Assembly (NCBI GenBank): GCA_964057225.1
Contig: OZ059900.1
Span: forward strand, 13,888,001-13,952,000
Reading direction: 5' to 3'
Length of the DNA: 64,000 nt
From: Auanema rhodensis
Lineage: Eukaryota > Animalia > Nematoda
Part shown: positions 13,933 through 27,900 of the stretch, one piece after another
Layout of the letters: every line of letters starts with the position of its first letter
Numbering within the stretch: position 1 is the stretch's first letter
Position numbers and translations under genes: made by a program
The notes under the pieces: generated by a model
Database searches by the model: none
Seen by the model: only the letters and a program-made list of their open reading frames with translations
Told to the model about the DNA's origin: nothing

Positions 13933-14984
13933 CTATCCAATAATTCCACCATAACTAGGCACTAAAATAAACGAATTTTGAAAAAATAAAGTAATATTCA
14001 GAAGAAAATAGAAAAAACTTACAGACACATTTGTTGGGACAAGTGGGATATCTAGTAAAGATATTCACACGAGCATATTCGCATCCCCAGAATTGAACAT
14101 CGTTAGATTGATCTCCGCAAATACTTCGAATATGACTTTCCCAACAGTCCATGTATATATTTCCATAACTTAAAAAAATGAGATATTAAGAAAAGCAATC
14201 TTTTGATTTGAGAATAAGAAAAACTCACGTGCAAGCAAAATCAGGAGCACCATCACTGTTACCTTCAAATTTAGTTCGGCATTCATTCAATTGTTTAGAA
14301 TTGTTAGAATCCCATAATGTTTTAAAGCAATCATGTTTGCGAATCATGGCTGAAAAACGTTTATAACTTTTTGAGTTCAAAAAGAAAAGAAAAAAGTACT
14401 TTGAAATCCTGCTCCACAAGTATAGTGAATGGTGTTAAATGTAGATACATATTGATATGCAGCTAATTGGGTAATATTCTTTGAAATAATCAAAGACAGA
14501 GGGTCGATACAACGTTTGTAGTTGTCACCCATACATTGTCTGAATTCCCGGAAAGCCCTAAAATCTTTCATTGTATCGAACTTCTACACAAATAACTTAC
14601 TTGCACACTTTGCGAGTACCGACTATCTGGCTTTGATGATATAAATTTTCAACCTAAATACTCATTAATTGAAAATTCATAGAAAATGTTTGTACCTCGT
14701 AACGGAAGTGTTCAGGAGCTTTCCATGGTTCAGAATCAGAGAGTCCTAGTACGGAAGTCAATGTATTTATACAATCAGTATTCAAATTCTGATTACATTG
14801 GTCATCAGCTGTTACGTGATTAACTATAATTGTATTCTTGTTATATTTTATTTTAAAAATTTCAATTCTTAAAATATATCCAGAAATATTGTTTAAAAAA
14901 CATCATGATGACGATTAATTTAAAACAAGAGATCATTTTATGCTTACCTAAAAGAACAGCAAGAAATATCGACAGTGCATTCAT
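13933..14984 (-). CDS. Uncharacterised secreted Cys-rich nematode protein (paralog A)
   Basis: Signal-like start MNALSIFLAVLL; exons give ...QCMGDNYKRCIDPL...YTCGAGF...FWGCEYARVNIFTRYPTCPNKCVLPSYGGIIG*. Confidence 0.85.
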
Positions 14985-15492
14985 AGCTACACAATCCAAC
15001 TGATAGCCACAGTCTACAATACAATCTTCAATCGTAAAGATAAAATGAAATGTATCAATGGACTAGTAAATGATCACCAAACTAAACTAAATGACGTTTT
15101 AATTGTTGACAGTAACATTCATATGTTTAGATATTGATAGAATTAACTTTTACTTTAAAACTGAATCATAACTGATTTCATTCATCTACTAAGTGATTGT
15201 GTGAGATTTTTTATCTTTCAAGCAGCACAATGCAAATATTTTTTTTTTTTTTTTAAAAACATCAATAAGAAAAATAATAATTGTCTTTATTATATGTGAT
15301 ACTACTACGACTATTTTTTCTTTGAAACATCAATGTATTAGACAAAAACTTATTCAGAAATTACTTTATTTTTCTCATTTTATCAGCAACTACAATAACT
15401 TTAAAGAATTTATCATAATATTTCGTTCCAGCTCAAGCCGTTTTTCCGTTCTCAATTCAACTTCTTCTCATTATCTGGAATGTATAAATCAA

Positions 15493-16691
15493 TTAGATTT
15501 CCTTTTCAACTCTTGAAAAAGCTATTTATCCTATTAATTACTCTTCTAATAAACTTTCAACACTTACAAGTACAAAATAGTTGTGTGCATTGAGGGAATA
15601 GAATTTGAGTGCCGGAAAGCTCGTACTGACAACCCCACCATCCCATTTCCGGGGCATTACTACAAGCTGAGGAGAAAACATTTCCTACACAGTCCGTTGC
15701 AATACGCATGAAACTGCAAGTATTTATATGATATAGTTTCTAAAACAAATTTCTGGAACATACACGCAAACGTCGTTTGGATTTTGAGCAACACTTTGTT
15801 CAAAGTAAGATTGACAATTATTCAAATCTCTTGTGCGATTATGGAACACAGATGATCCACATTGGTCGTTATTAGCGAATTCTAAAACATGAATAATAGT
15901 TTTTTGCATATCACTGTGCTTACCCATAAAACCTGACCCACAAGCGAAATCAAATTGATTGAAAATTTTATCATAACTAAATGCTTGGGTTTTAGTAACT
16001 CCAGTAGCAGTACTAAAATTGAAGCATAATTACTTGTGAACCAGAAATGAAAATTTACAAACCCTTGACTATCAACTAGCAATTTTAATGGATTTTCAAC
16101 GCAGTTGTAATACTCTACGGAATTTCTGTAAAAAATTTAAATACCCAAATACTATAAAATGTGAATTAACTTACTCAAAGCATCCCTTAAAATTTTTGAA
16201 TGATAAACATGTTTTTTGAAGACCAATAGCTCCCTCATTGGCCCAAACGCCTTGAATTGCTCTTAATAATTGGTCAGAATCCAATACGCCCAATGAAGCT
16301 GAAATTCGAAAATATGAAAGAATCATGATCTTGTCTTGCCATCTATTTTCATCTCATCATTGAACTTTGCTTGACATTTTTGAAGCATTTGAATGTCACA
16401 TGGTGATCCAAAAACTTGAGCGGAAGCAGTTCCTGGAATGTTAAAATATTTTGACAGAAACAAATTTTTTAAAATATATTCATGATATTTATTTTTTCTT
16501 CAGCCACAAGGTAATTATTCACTTTATCATCAAAGACCAGTTGAGTATAAATAGCAAAATAAGTTGTTTTAGAAATTTTTCAAAATTAAACTTATTAGAA
16601 TATAATACTACAGTTTGAAATATAAATAATAATTGATTTAAAAAAACAAACCAATCAAGAATAATGACAACGAAACCAACACGATATTCAT
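15493..16691 (-). CDS. Uncharacterised secreted Cys-rich nematode protein (paralog B)
   Basis: Signal-like start MNIVLVSLSLFLIGTASAQ; Cys pattern shared with paralog A (FACGSGF, WWGCQYE...FPQC); contains a GC-AG intron at 16339-16299; last exon inferred. Confidence 0.85.
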
Positions 16692-17059
16692 TGTTATAAT
16701 ATGATGAATAAGAAACATAGAAAGAGCCACTTTATCTTAACGATAAAGTAATAAATTCACCAATAAAGAGTTATCACTATTTGGATTATACAAGCAAAAA
16801 TGTACCAATGGTTTATCAATGGGTTATACATCTGAGCAACAGACAATTGTAAAAGGACCTTCTCATTAAACAAAGAATAATTTACTTTTTTTCTAATATT
16901 CGACATATCATAATAGGTATGTCATTTTAAAAAGTTTTATGAGACATACTATAATAAAGTTTCAATTAATTATTCTAAATAAAACAATTAATTTTCTGGT
17001 AAAAGTTTATTCATTATTTGAATTATCGTAAGCGAAATAATCATAAGCTAATTTGTTTT

Positions 17060-19315
17060 TCATTGAACATCATATGCATAGGTATTATTGTTAAATCTCT
17101 CCACCCAATATGGCTGAATATGCACGTCGTCTGTGTTGATTACTTCAAATTCAGGAAGGTCAGGTAAATCTGGTGATTCAATTCGATCTAACGTTTCTGG
17201 CTCTAGCTTAACAGTGGGTGGTTCAAGATTGTCATCAGTTGTACCAATCCAAATAGGAATTGCATATTGATGCTCATGTCCATCCAGAAGTGTCACATCA
17301 ACTATTAGAGAATATCTGAGAATCAAAACATTCCAATAACTGATTTCAATGCATGGAGGAATTGTATGTGGAATATGTACTGCCCAAACGTGTGGCCAAT
17401 TTGATTTCTGCTTTGGAGCAGGTTGCATGGAAACCGTACGCTCCACGCAAAAACTGTCGTTTGATGATAGTTCAGGCCGTCTTATTCTGCGATGTTGCAT
17501 AATCATGAAACGGACGTTTCGAATATTTTTAACGTTTGTTAGGGTGATGTAAGCATGTTTACCACGTTGAAAACATCGCTGACTCATGCTTACGCTAATA
17601 GATCCAAGCTGATCTCTATATTCATTCTGATATTCTTGTTTGGCCCATGTATCCACTGCTCTGTCTACAAATACTTCCGCATCAACAGTAACATAATTTT
17701 TGCGCCACGACATCATTGAGGCGCAGCAGATGTATCTAATATCGTCACCTATTGACGGAGGAAGAATTTTCGAGTCCAACTGTGATTTGGCAAAGGGCAA
17801 CGAAATTTTAACAGAATGACGTCCTGGACTAAACGATGATGTTTGATTACTTGAAACGATGCTTTTAAAACGGATGAACTCGTACCAAGTGTGACCTGCT
17901 CTTACTTCGCCTCGAAACAACAAACGCAGATTTCGTAAGCGTTCTGAATTTCGGCTGTTAATATCAAAAATGACTTTGGCATAAGAATTTTCTAAATCTC
18001 CGTTGTGTTTAGTCTTGATGAAAATCTTATGTAAATCAATCGAATGACTGGGATCCGACTTTGCATCTTCATAATCATCGCTCAATTCTGAATCATCATC
18101 GTCATCATCTTGACTGTCATCATCTTCATCCATAGCTCTTTCAAATAGAAAGCGATCTTTTGATTCTCTTTCACGACCTTGTTCCTTAATTTCAAATTTT
18201 TTTAAACAGTGAAATGAAATAAAAATACTTTAATAAAGCTTGAGCTGATGATTATTGGAATTGTATATACAAATGGTTTTTTATGATCAAGTAATTTGAA
18301 ATCTACAACCAGTTCGTAGTTAATGCGTAAAACATTCCACAACGTCATTGGAATAGTTATTGGAATATTTGATGGTATCTCCAATTCACATTCTCCAGCC
18401 TTCACGCTAGAATTCTCTATACACTTACTGGCTAACACCTCTTTCCTAGTTTGCATTAGTTGATAATGTCCAGGATCAGGATCTCTGTAATACACACATT
18501 ATCTAGTTTTTACTAATTTTAACAAGAATACCGAATATGTAAGTACTGCACTAACAACATGCGAACGCTTTTGAGTTTCGTTTCGCTGCTAATGAACCAA
18601 CAACATTTTGCAAGTTCATTTTGTGTGAAAACTCCTTTATTTATATAAATATCAACATTTAATGGCGTGCACTTTCTTTAAATAATTAAATTAATATTAT
18701 TTAAGAATAGAACATACTTATGGGCCCACGATCCATGTCCAATGCATTTATTCAGTTTATAACGCAGTTGATAGCTGGCAATATGCGGCATTTTAAGAGA
18801 CAATTCTCGATTTATAATAAATTTCTTTTCAATAAAATTATTTTGATGCCAAGGATTAACACTGGCTTGCACAGAATATTCTACAAATCGGTATTTTCCT
18901 ATCTGCATTGTAGGAGGAAAGCGTGATAACCACACATCAACAGATACTTCACTTTCTGTGGCTTCTATATAAAAATGAATGTTAGTGTATTGTGTTAAAG
19001 AAAACAACTAATTTACCATGAGGAGATACAAGAGTCCACACTTGCTCATATAAAAATTCGTAGAGTAGCCGATTTTTTTCTTTAACATATCCGCGGAATA
19101 TGACTTGACACGAAACAACAAAATCTGTTGGATTTTCCACAGTAACTTGTGCCACCAACTGATTATCTAATCGATTGTTGAAGTAATCTTTTACGGTCAG
19201 ATTAGTAACAGCTGGCAGAGCAGTTGTAGTAACCATCAAGCATAAAATGAGCAAATGTTTTTCTTCGAAACTTAGCTTTGTCTGAAGAAGCCTACTCACA
19301 AAATGAATTATGCAT
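17060..19315 (-). CDS. Arrestin-domain (alpha-arrestin/ARRD-like) protein with two tandem N+C modules
   Basis: Exons from MHNSFSVTNL... through IFRG...YEF...PPT...Y and IPSNIPITIPMTLWNVLRINYEL splice in frame (FIK|EQGRERE...) into a 1.1 kb terminal exon that repeats the pattern (LFRG...YEF...LPPS...Y; IPHTIPPCIEISYWNVLILRYSL...IPIWIGT). Confidence 0.75.
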
Positions 19316-20053
19316 GGTTTCTTGGTGAACATGAATTGTACATGAAGTACAATAATGCTGTCGTTTGTATGTGAGGAGATTCTTCAAACATTTCCTTTAT
19401 ATTCCCTAATTTGTTGAACAAAGTGTTTCGTGTCAAGCTATGGTAACAACAGATCAGAAGATACATTAGTTTTTATTCTTATTTTTGCGTTCGGTGTATA
19501 GTTAAGCAATGTGAACATACAATTACATTATTGTGAATGTTGTTAGAGAGAATGTTCGAGAATATGTTATAACATTTAAGCTCATTATTATAATTCTACA
19601 ATATGTCATGATTTAGAATATTAATACATGAATTACTGATAAAATATAATAATAATAATATATATATATTTATATATATTACTAATTTGTTTAGTTTAAT
19701 TATATATTTTTTTATATATAAAGCTTTGAATATTAATTAAGCTCTGCTCATTAATACTAGCATAATGTATATAATATAATGTCAGTATGATATCATATAT
19801 ATATAATAAAAAATTGAATTGAAAATAGAGGTATATGTAAAAAAACAAATGCCACAGGCGCATATACGTTTTAGGGTTAAATTTAATTGTATAGTCTCTC
19901 ATGCATATGCATAGACAATAAAAACGGTATAGTATAATGATGCAATATTATATAGTGTGGTATATAAACAAAAACAAGAAAAAAAGATAATAGAAATGAA
20001 ATTGCATATGATGTATATGTAATATATGCAATTATTAATTATGAAAGTTAGCA

Positions 20054-20962
20054 TCAGAAGTTCTGTAAAGTCATTACGGGTTCCTCGGGAAGACGTCTTT
20101 CGGAAGGTGACCCAGCCGCTCTTGTTTCCGAAAACAAAGTAAGACAATTGCGGAAATATTTATTGTCAAAACAATTACTTCTGAAAATTTTGAAATTTTA
20201 AATAGTTTTAAAAGCCACAGTTCAGCTATGAACTAATAGAATTTGAGTAGAACTAGCAAATGTTGAAGAGATGAGAAAATCTTTTTCTATCATCTAGATA
20301 AATGTTTCAAATTTTGTGAGATAACACTATAATTTGCAAAATCATCGCAATTTGCTTCAATTTTTTTTGTCTTGCATCTCTGTTGAAAATCAGTATTTGA
20401 GATAATCTGCGTTTACCTGCATTGAGCTCGTAAGCTATTGAGCTCATGTGAAAACATTTCATGGCACATTTCACATACCCGATCCATAACAAAGTGGATT
20501 TGTTCCACTTTATGAACACCACAATTCTAAAGTTTACTAATTTCTCTCTGTTCATTAAGATAATATTGTAAGAAATTATCTTCTACCTCTTCTTCAATCC
20601 AGTCCGCTTCTTTGCGCGTCCGTAAAAACATGCCTTCTCTATCAAACTGCAATGATCTTTGATCAAAATATGAATTATTTTTATTTCTGACACCATGGAA
20701 AAATTGAATGAGAGTAAAAAAAACTCTCTTTATTACATGAATTCAATAAAAAGAAGCATGAATTCATAAATATTTTGTTTTTGTTTTATAAAATGAAATA
20801 GAAGATTTCCCAAACGATTGTATACCAAAAAAGTATTTCTGTCTAAGTGCTGACCTGAATATCGGGCTGAAATTTTGAACGAGCTTCTCCTCCGCTAATT
20901 TGCATAACTAATAAAAAGGTTAAAGTTATGAAACGAATGGAGATTTGCCATTTGTTTTCCAT
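20054..20962 (-). CDS. CHH/ITP-family (crustacean hyperglycemic hormone / ion transport peptide-like) neurohormone precursor
   Basis: Four exons splice to MENKWQISIRFITLTFLLVMQISGGEARSKFQPDIQFDREGMFLRTRKEADWIEEENCGVHKVEQIHFVMDRVCEMCHEMFSHELNSLRAQCRSNCFDNKYFRNCLTLFSETRAAGSPSERRLPEEPVMTLQNF*. It has a signal peptide and the six-Cys CHH signature (DRVC..C, CRSNCF.N..F..C). Confidence 0.92.
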
Positions 20963-21425
20963 TCTACTACAACATACTGATTAGAATAAGGCTAACAATT
21001 TAACTAAGCTATACACATAGCTATACAGACACATGTAACGATAAAATTGAAATGCAGCACTATATCAAAATATATCTGTATATCTATATATATAACTTTT
21101 TGCAAAGTTATTGTATTTTTCAATTATAAACAAATATAGTGTAATGTGTAAAATAATAAAAATATGTAAAATAATCAAATATGTTTAAATACGAACACAA
21201 AAAAAGTTACAAAAACTTGAAAATAATAGAAAGAAGATAACGAATATAGTCATTTTAGCTTCAATCTCCTGCAGATAATATTATGTTCATGAATGAAAGA
21301 ATATCAATAAATATCCATCAATTCTAAAACTAAGTTTCAAATTAAATAAAGTGCATATTGAATGTTCCTGAGTTGTTCCAGTTGAGAAAGCAAAGTGAGA
21401 ATAAGATTAAAATTTAATTTTGCAG

Positions 21426-24400
21426 TGGATAGACAACGATTATGATGAACGAGTTATTGGCTTTGTTGGCAGGTAAGTGTAGACAAGCACTTGGCAAAAG
21501 GACAACCGTATTGACGACAATGTGATAAACGAATAAAAAGGCTTACAAATTAAAGCTAATTACAAGAAAAATCTTTATTCAAGCATTTTCAAGCGTGAAA
21601 TTATTATATGTGCCTTTCAATTATTCGTATTTCTTCTATAAAACAGATAACTGTTTTGAATTTAGATTTCAAAATTTAAATTTTTCGAATAATCTTTAAA
21701 AAAAGGAAAATGTAATCGTAGATGAAGTTGAACTTGGAAAAAACGAAGAAAAGGAAAAAAATGCAATACGATTTCGTAGCAGAAGTAAATAATGAATATC
21801 GCATATTTAGTGTATGAATACAATTTTCAGAAATCAGAATTGGTATTTTCAAACCAGTGATTGTCGTAACATTTAATTTTCCTTTCTTTTTGATACACGC
21901 GAAATGCATCGTGTTATTATAAGAGAACATTGAAAATGCTGTACCGATATAATTCAATTCAATATTTTCAAGAAATTATGCTAATGACTATTTTGACGCG
22001 TATACAATAAAAACAGCTCAGAATAAACTATATTTCTGTATTAAGAAATGGAAAAATTTCGTAGTAGGTTGGTTATTACATTAATTTTTTTTTTACTAAT
22101 AAAATGAATGTTTTCTAGTTCTGACGTACGAATACTGTCAACGATTGCGATTTCGATACGCAATGGTAGACACAGATTCATTTTTTTTCAACCACATTGT
22201 TTTCTTATTTTGATTTCAACTAAAGAAAACAAAGACTTCTATTTTTCTCACTTCTATTTTCTTTTCATGTCTTGAACTCAGGACAAAACAAAACGTTTTC
22301 AATAGTGAAATTTGAAGCTACATTAGAAGTATAAAGGCTATATTTGCATGACCTAAGCAAAACTACATCTATATTCAACTTTAGTTATTTATATACATAT
22401 GCATATAGATATTTTTTTATTTTCTTTCTATCAATGCTTGTCAAAAGATTTAGATCATACCTTCTAGCATTACCCGAATATTTTTGTTCTTTCTTTTTAT
22501 AAATAACACCAACGCGTATTATATATTTCCGAAAATGAGAACAAAGAAAAGATATGAACAATGCAAGATGATATTGAACAAAAACTGCAACAAAAATATT
22601 TCCAAACAAGAAAAAGAAAAAAAAATTTGCTTGGTGTTTTCAAAAAATGGTCAGTAATACTAGCCGAAATGATCTTTTTTAATTCTATTAAACATTTCTT
22701 GTGCAGTGCAAAAACAAATCAAAAGTTAGATGCGACAAATATGTACTTTCGTATAATGAATAGATATGTAATTGAATAAATAAAAAGTATTCTTTCGACT
22801 CAAATAGGTATTAATGCATTTTATTGAAAAAGCATTAATTTGCTATAATTTACAAAATGTAACAGCATAATTATAGATGAATTATCGATTAGAAAGAAAT
22901 TATAGAAAGATTAATACGAATATAGTCATTATCAAAATGTAACATTAAGTACGAAAGAGAAGGAAATGGATAAAAACAATAATAATATGTAAATAAAGAA
23001 TCACAAAATATCAATATTATTTTTCCAATTAGGATGCCCGATCACACACTATCATGTTACAATTATCTTTCATGAATTTCATATTATAAAAACAGATATG
23101 TGAAGATTTTTTTCAAAAAATCATTATTATTTTCTCGACCTCGTTCACTCAACAATATGAAGCATAAAAAATATATATCATATTTGTGAGGTGATTAAAA
23201 TTTTTATAACGTCTTTCAATTGGAACGAACATAAAACTTTACTTAATCGACTTTTCAGATATTTACGTCATATTTTTGTTTATAATTTTTTATACTTGTG
23301 GAAGAAGAGGAAGAGAAAAATATATTGAATAGTGTTTTTTATTTATTTCCTTTATATTGAAAATGATAAAGCAAAATTTTTCGTTATAAGTTTCAAAATG
23401 ACTTCAATTCTCAAAGTTATTGAGAGCGAGAGTACGAAACGAATAAGTTATCAAATATTCTTGAGAAAAATTCTGATTTGATCATATCAAATCACATTAA
23501 ATCAGACCCAAAGTATTAAAAATAAGACAAAATCCGAAGAATCGAGATATTCTATTTGATTTAATTCAAAGGTATAGAAAATTGATATTTAATTAAATTT
23601 AAACCAAGTTAAGAATTTTCGTAACTATTTTTAGTCAACTGCATACAAGCTTGAAACGACTTTTAAGTTTCCATAACAAAACAGAAAGATAAAATAAATA
23701 AAAGGGTATTTCTTAATTATTACTAATACATAATACTAACTGAGTGAGAAATAATTGCATGAAATGAGGTAGAGCTTCTAAATTGTTTCATGAAAAATAG
23801 GAAATGTGATAAGCTTATTATTGTACTTATAATTATAGGTGACTGCTACGAAGTTTTGGAACATATATTTTGACTAGTTTACATCATCGAGATATTTGCT
23901 TTCTGTTAAAAAAAGTGTTAACTTTTCAATTGTCAATTTGTATAAACAAAAAAAAATCAGAACAAAATCTTTTCTAATTCATTTCCATACTGTTTTTTGT
24001 TCATTTCATAATCTCAAGATACAAGCCTCTGTCTCGTATGTAGAACAATGAGTATCCTCAACGGAATGGAATGCTTTTAAAACCGGAAAAACAACTTTCT
24101 TAACCAATAGCTCATCTATTCATCAATCTGAAATATCATCAATAGATAATGACCACCCCTAGTTTATTAACAGGCTGAATGAAACTGGAAATAAACGAAC
24201 GAGATAGATAGCTGGAATTTAATAATTTAAAAATATTGAAATTAAGATATTAAAATATCTTAACGAACAGAGTTTTTCTGTTCAATCAGTTTTGTTTATA
24301 AATATTAAGATAACATTCGGATTAAATGAAACAAGTGTTACGCTTATTTGTTTGTTTACAACTAATCCATTTCATTTCAAACTGCAATTACCATCATTTA

Positions 24401-24989
24401 TTTCAAGATTTCGCATTTAAACTATAGTGCAAAAATAACTGAGAAGTTGTTTTAGAAATTTAATTGGTGAACTAGTTTTGAAAATCGGCAGTGATGAGAG
24501 AATAACCGAGGTTGTCCATCAGAGTGGGTCATTTCAAATAATGGTGTGATATTTATCTCCTTTTGAAGGCTATCCAAGCTGATTTGATTTCTGGTCCTAG
24601 GATAAAACTAAGGAAGACAATAAGACAAAAAGTAATTTTGTTCAAGGTTGCCCTACATGATGATTTCTTATTATTTTTTTTTTGAAAAACCAAAGTGTGT
24701 TTGACATATAACCTTCGATAATAGGATGGAAATCCTTCATTTCAACTTTCGAATTGTTTCTTTGCTGATGGGATCAACCACAATTTTTTGATGTCAATAG
24801 CAAATTATAGAAGTGTGTACGTTAATTCTCTTATACATTGTCGGAATACTCAAGAAGTGGTGCTAATGAACACTTCATTGAGGCGCGTAATTCACAAGAA
24901 GATGGCGTGTCTATGCCCACATAAATATGAAATAAAAAAAGTTTTTATTTTTTCAGGGCTACGCAGTTCGTCACTTAGAAAACTTATAA
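21426..24989 (+). other. Possible highly divergent or decayed multi-exon gene (cryptic exon chains)
   Basis: Two phase-consistent chains of short AG/GT-flanked segments: 21426-21472, 22119-22165, 22282-22328; and 24476-24545, 24601-24646, 24725-24816, 24855-24906, 24957-24989. I could not join them or find a start codon. Confidence 0.3.
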
Positions 24990-27900
24990 TAGAGTTAAAT
25001 GATGGTAGTACACCTCGCTCACATCATGCGTATTCATTTAATTTTATTGAACAATATTCTGCATTGTTTTCTTCCTTAATACTGTTGTTTTTCACTAACT
25101 CCTTTATTTTATTATTCTGCTACACCCGTATTTTTAAGAACATTTATGCACTGATATGTATATACATATACATATATATATACATATTTTTTCTATATAT
25201 ACTATATTATTATTTATATTCGGCTTATTTCAAGTTTTAAAATCAACTACTCAGCTTAATTTGGAAAATATGCAAGAAAAAGCTGTCTGTTGCACGCTTT
25301 TGGCCAACAGCGAATTTCTCACAGTTTTCATATCTGGTTCGAAGATTTAGATGTCGGAATCTCTTAATCTTTCTCTCATATCTGAAACTACATATTTCAT
25401 CTTTTCTCATTAAATTCGTATTTAGCTCTCAATGCGAAGAACGACAAAGTCAGGTCAAGATTTAGTCCGGTTTTAGAAGGTGGAGTAAGCAGAAATTTTA
25501 ACAAAGTTTTCTCGCATTTCTCAATTTTGAAATTCTCAAAAATAATCAAATGTTTATTATTATTGTTGAGTTTAATTTTGTGAATGAAAAGTTTTTCATA
25601 CCCCTACGGATAAACCCAAGTTTACTCAGTAGTTGTACATGCTGACGCAATATACATATATGTCACACAGTGTGCTAGTGAGAAGACTTAAAAATTTATG
25701 AGTATTTGACGGATTCAAAATGTAAAATTCTGGTTACATTTTTGCTCCATTCCATCAGCTATCCACTTTCTTATTCTTTTCTTTTTTCGACCACCTCATA
25801 TGAATTTTATGTGCTCATGCTTGCTAAGACATTTTTTTCCATTTCTTTGAAGAAAAATGTATAAGTTACTACATGGATTATCCTTCTTTTATCATGAAAA
25901 TATAAATGCTAATATCTTTGAGTCGCATTGTTCATATCTTGTTTATTTCTAAAAATCAAAGAAAACTTAGATTTGTATTAGCATTATATTCATAATTTTT
26001 ATTTCTGATTATATAATATATTGTAAATATTTTGTCAATTTTTTATTTCTCATTTAATGTTTATTTTTTATTTTTTCATATGTTGTACATGATACGTATT
26101 TCAAATTTTATTGATGAGTACATTTAACATATCTCTCTATGTTCACACTCGTACATCTTGTCATCCTTTTATTACAATGCTTTGTTCCAGACATCTGATA
26201 GATCACTTAGCGGCGTTTTCAAACACAATCATTGATTTTTTTTTCGTAGTAAAAGTATGTCATTTTTTATCTTTTTTTTTACACTGTCATCTATTTACTA
26301 AAACAATATATTTTTAAATTATATTAATATAAAGGACATATAGATTTTATCTGAATTTTCAACTCATCAGATTCAACATCTGTAGTGAAGTATAACAGCT
26401 GTGACTAATGGAATTTTTTGATATGTCGCTCGTTCTACGCACAACCTTTTCTTCTACCATTCACATCCACATCAAACTTTCTTGTATCTTTTCCATTTTC
26501 CTTTAGTCTTTCTTTCTCTCATTTTTCCTACTCCCTTCTTTTCCAACTCCCTATATCTTTTTGCCTATCTTTCAACAATGTTGATTCATTTGTCTATCTG
26601 TTTTTTTCCTTTGATTTTTCATTTTTTTTCCAAAATTTGCATACTCACTTCATATAAGAACTATTTGAAGAAGTTATTCAAATTCACATCAGATAGCAAG
26701 TATTTCATATTTTTAACGTAATTTATCAATTTAATAAAATGAGAATAGGTAGGAGTGTATGTTTGCTTAACCCTGCCTCTTTACTTCATTTGTTGGTTCA
26801 ACAATCACTACGTAGCAATTGTGTCTTCTAAAGCTTCATAATATACTTACGTAGTGGAAAAAAGGTCACCATTATAAGTGATAGATAAGCTTATTCTTCA
26901 AAGCCATATTTGTGACACTTTATGCGATTATAGTTTTTTCTATTCGTGGCTCATTTGTATTTAGCATATACACATATCTTTTAAATTTGTACCCGTTATT
27001 CTGTTATTCAAGATTATTTTGAAAAATATCATATTGAAATTGGAGCAGATATTTAATTAAAAATTAAAAAATTATTTTTTTTTACCTTCTTAATTAAGAC
27101 AAAGAAAGTTAATTTCATCATTCTCATATTTAGAAAATTGAATGATTGATTGATATGCTGGTAAATGTGTTTTACTTCAAAACCTATTTCATTTGAACAG
27201 TCAAACAAATACAATGGGTGTGCATGCGATTTTCCCTGAACCACAAACTACCGTTATTGATTGCGAACTCTCTATCAGACCACGCACTTGTTCTTTGTTG
27301 TTTTGTCATCAGTTGTCGTTATTCAATTCACAAATTTGTGAACATATTTGAAGAGTCGCATTGATTTATTTTACTTTATGAGTTGCGAGTGATTCATTAT
27401 TGTTTTTTTTAAATTCTAACTGTTTCATCTGAAGAAGGATGTTCCATTTTTCAGAACTTTCACTGTCTTGAAAATTGGGCACCACCTGTCATTCACTGAC
27501 GAGTAAAGAAAAAAGAAATACCCGTTCTTTTCCGAGCATCCTTTGTTTAATTTGTCAGTTTCACTGCAAAGTGATAGGTCTGTTATATAAAACTTCATCT
27601 TTAATTTTGTTCTCTCGTTGCCTCTCTGTCTCGCTCGTTTTTATCGCATTTGATCTTTTTTGTTCGCTTTCCTTATTCAGCTATTTCCATTCAGCTATCT
27701 CCGGCTTAATTTTTCCCACATGAACTAAGAATCTCATGTTGCACCTCTAGCAGGAACTCTCTTGTTTCAAATGTTGTTCACATGTATTGTACAACTGCAT
27801 CTCATGTTATAATTTTTGAATTTTTGATTGAAATTCTTTACGGCAGGCCATAAAATTTTCATTGAACGTAGTGTTTAATTGAAGTTTTATGTGGTTCCAC

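Noticed and set aside
27420-27428. piRNA upstream (Ruby) motif CTGTTTCA
   Set aside because: An isolated occurrence is expected by chance in AT-rich DNA; no cluster was seen.
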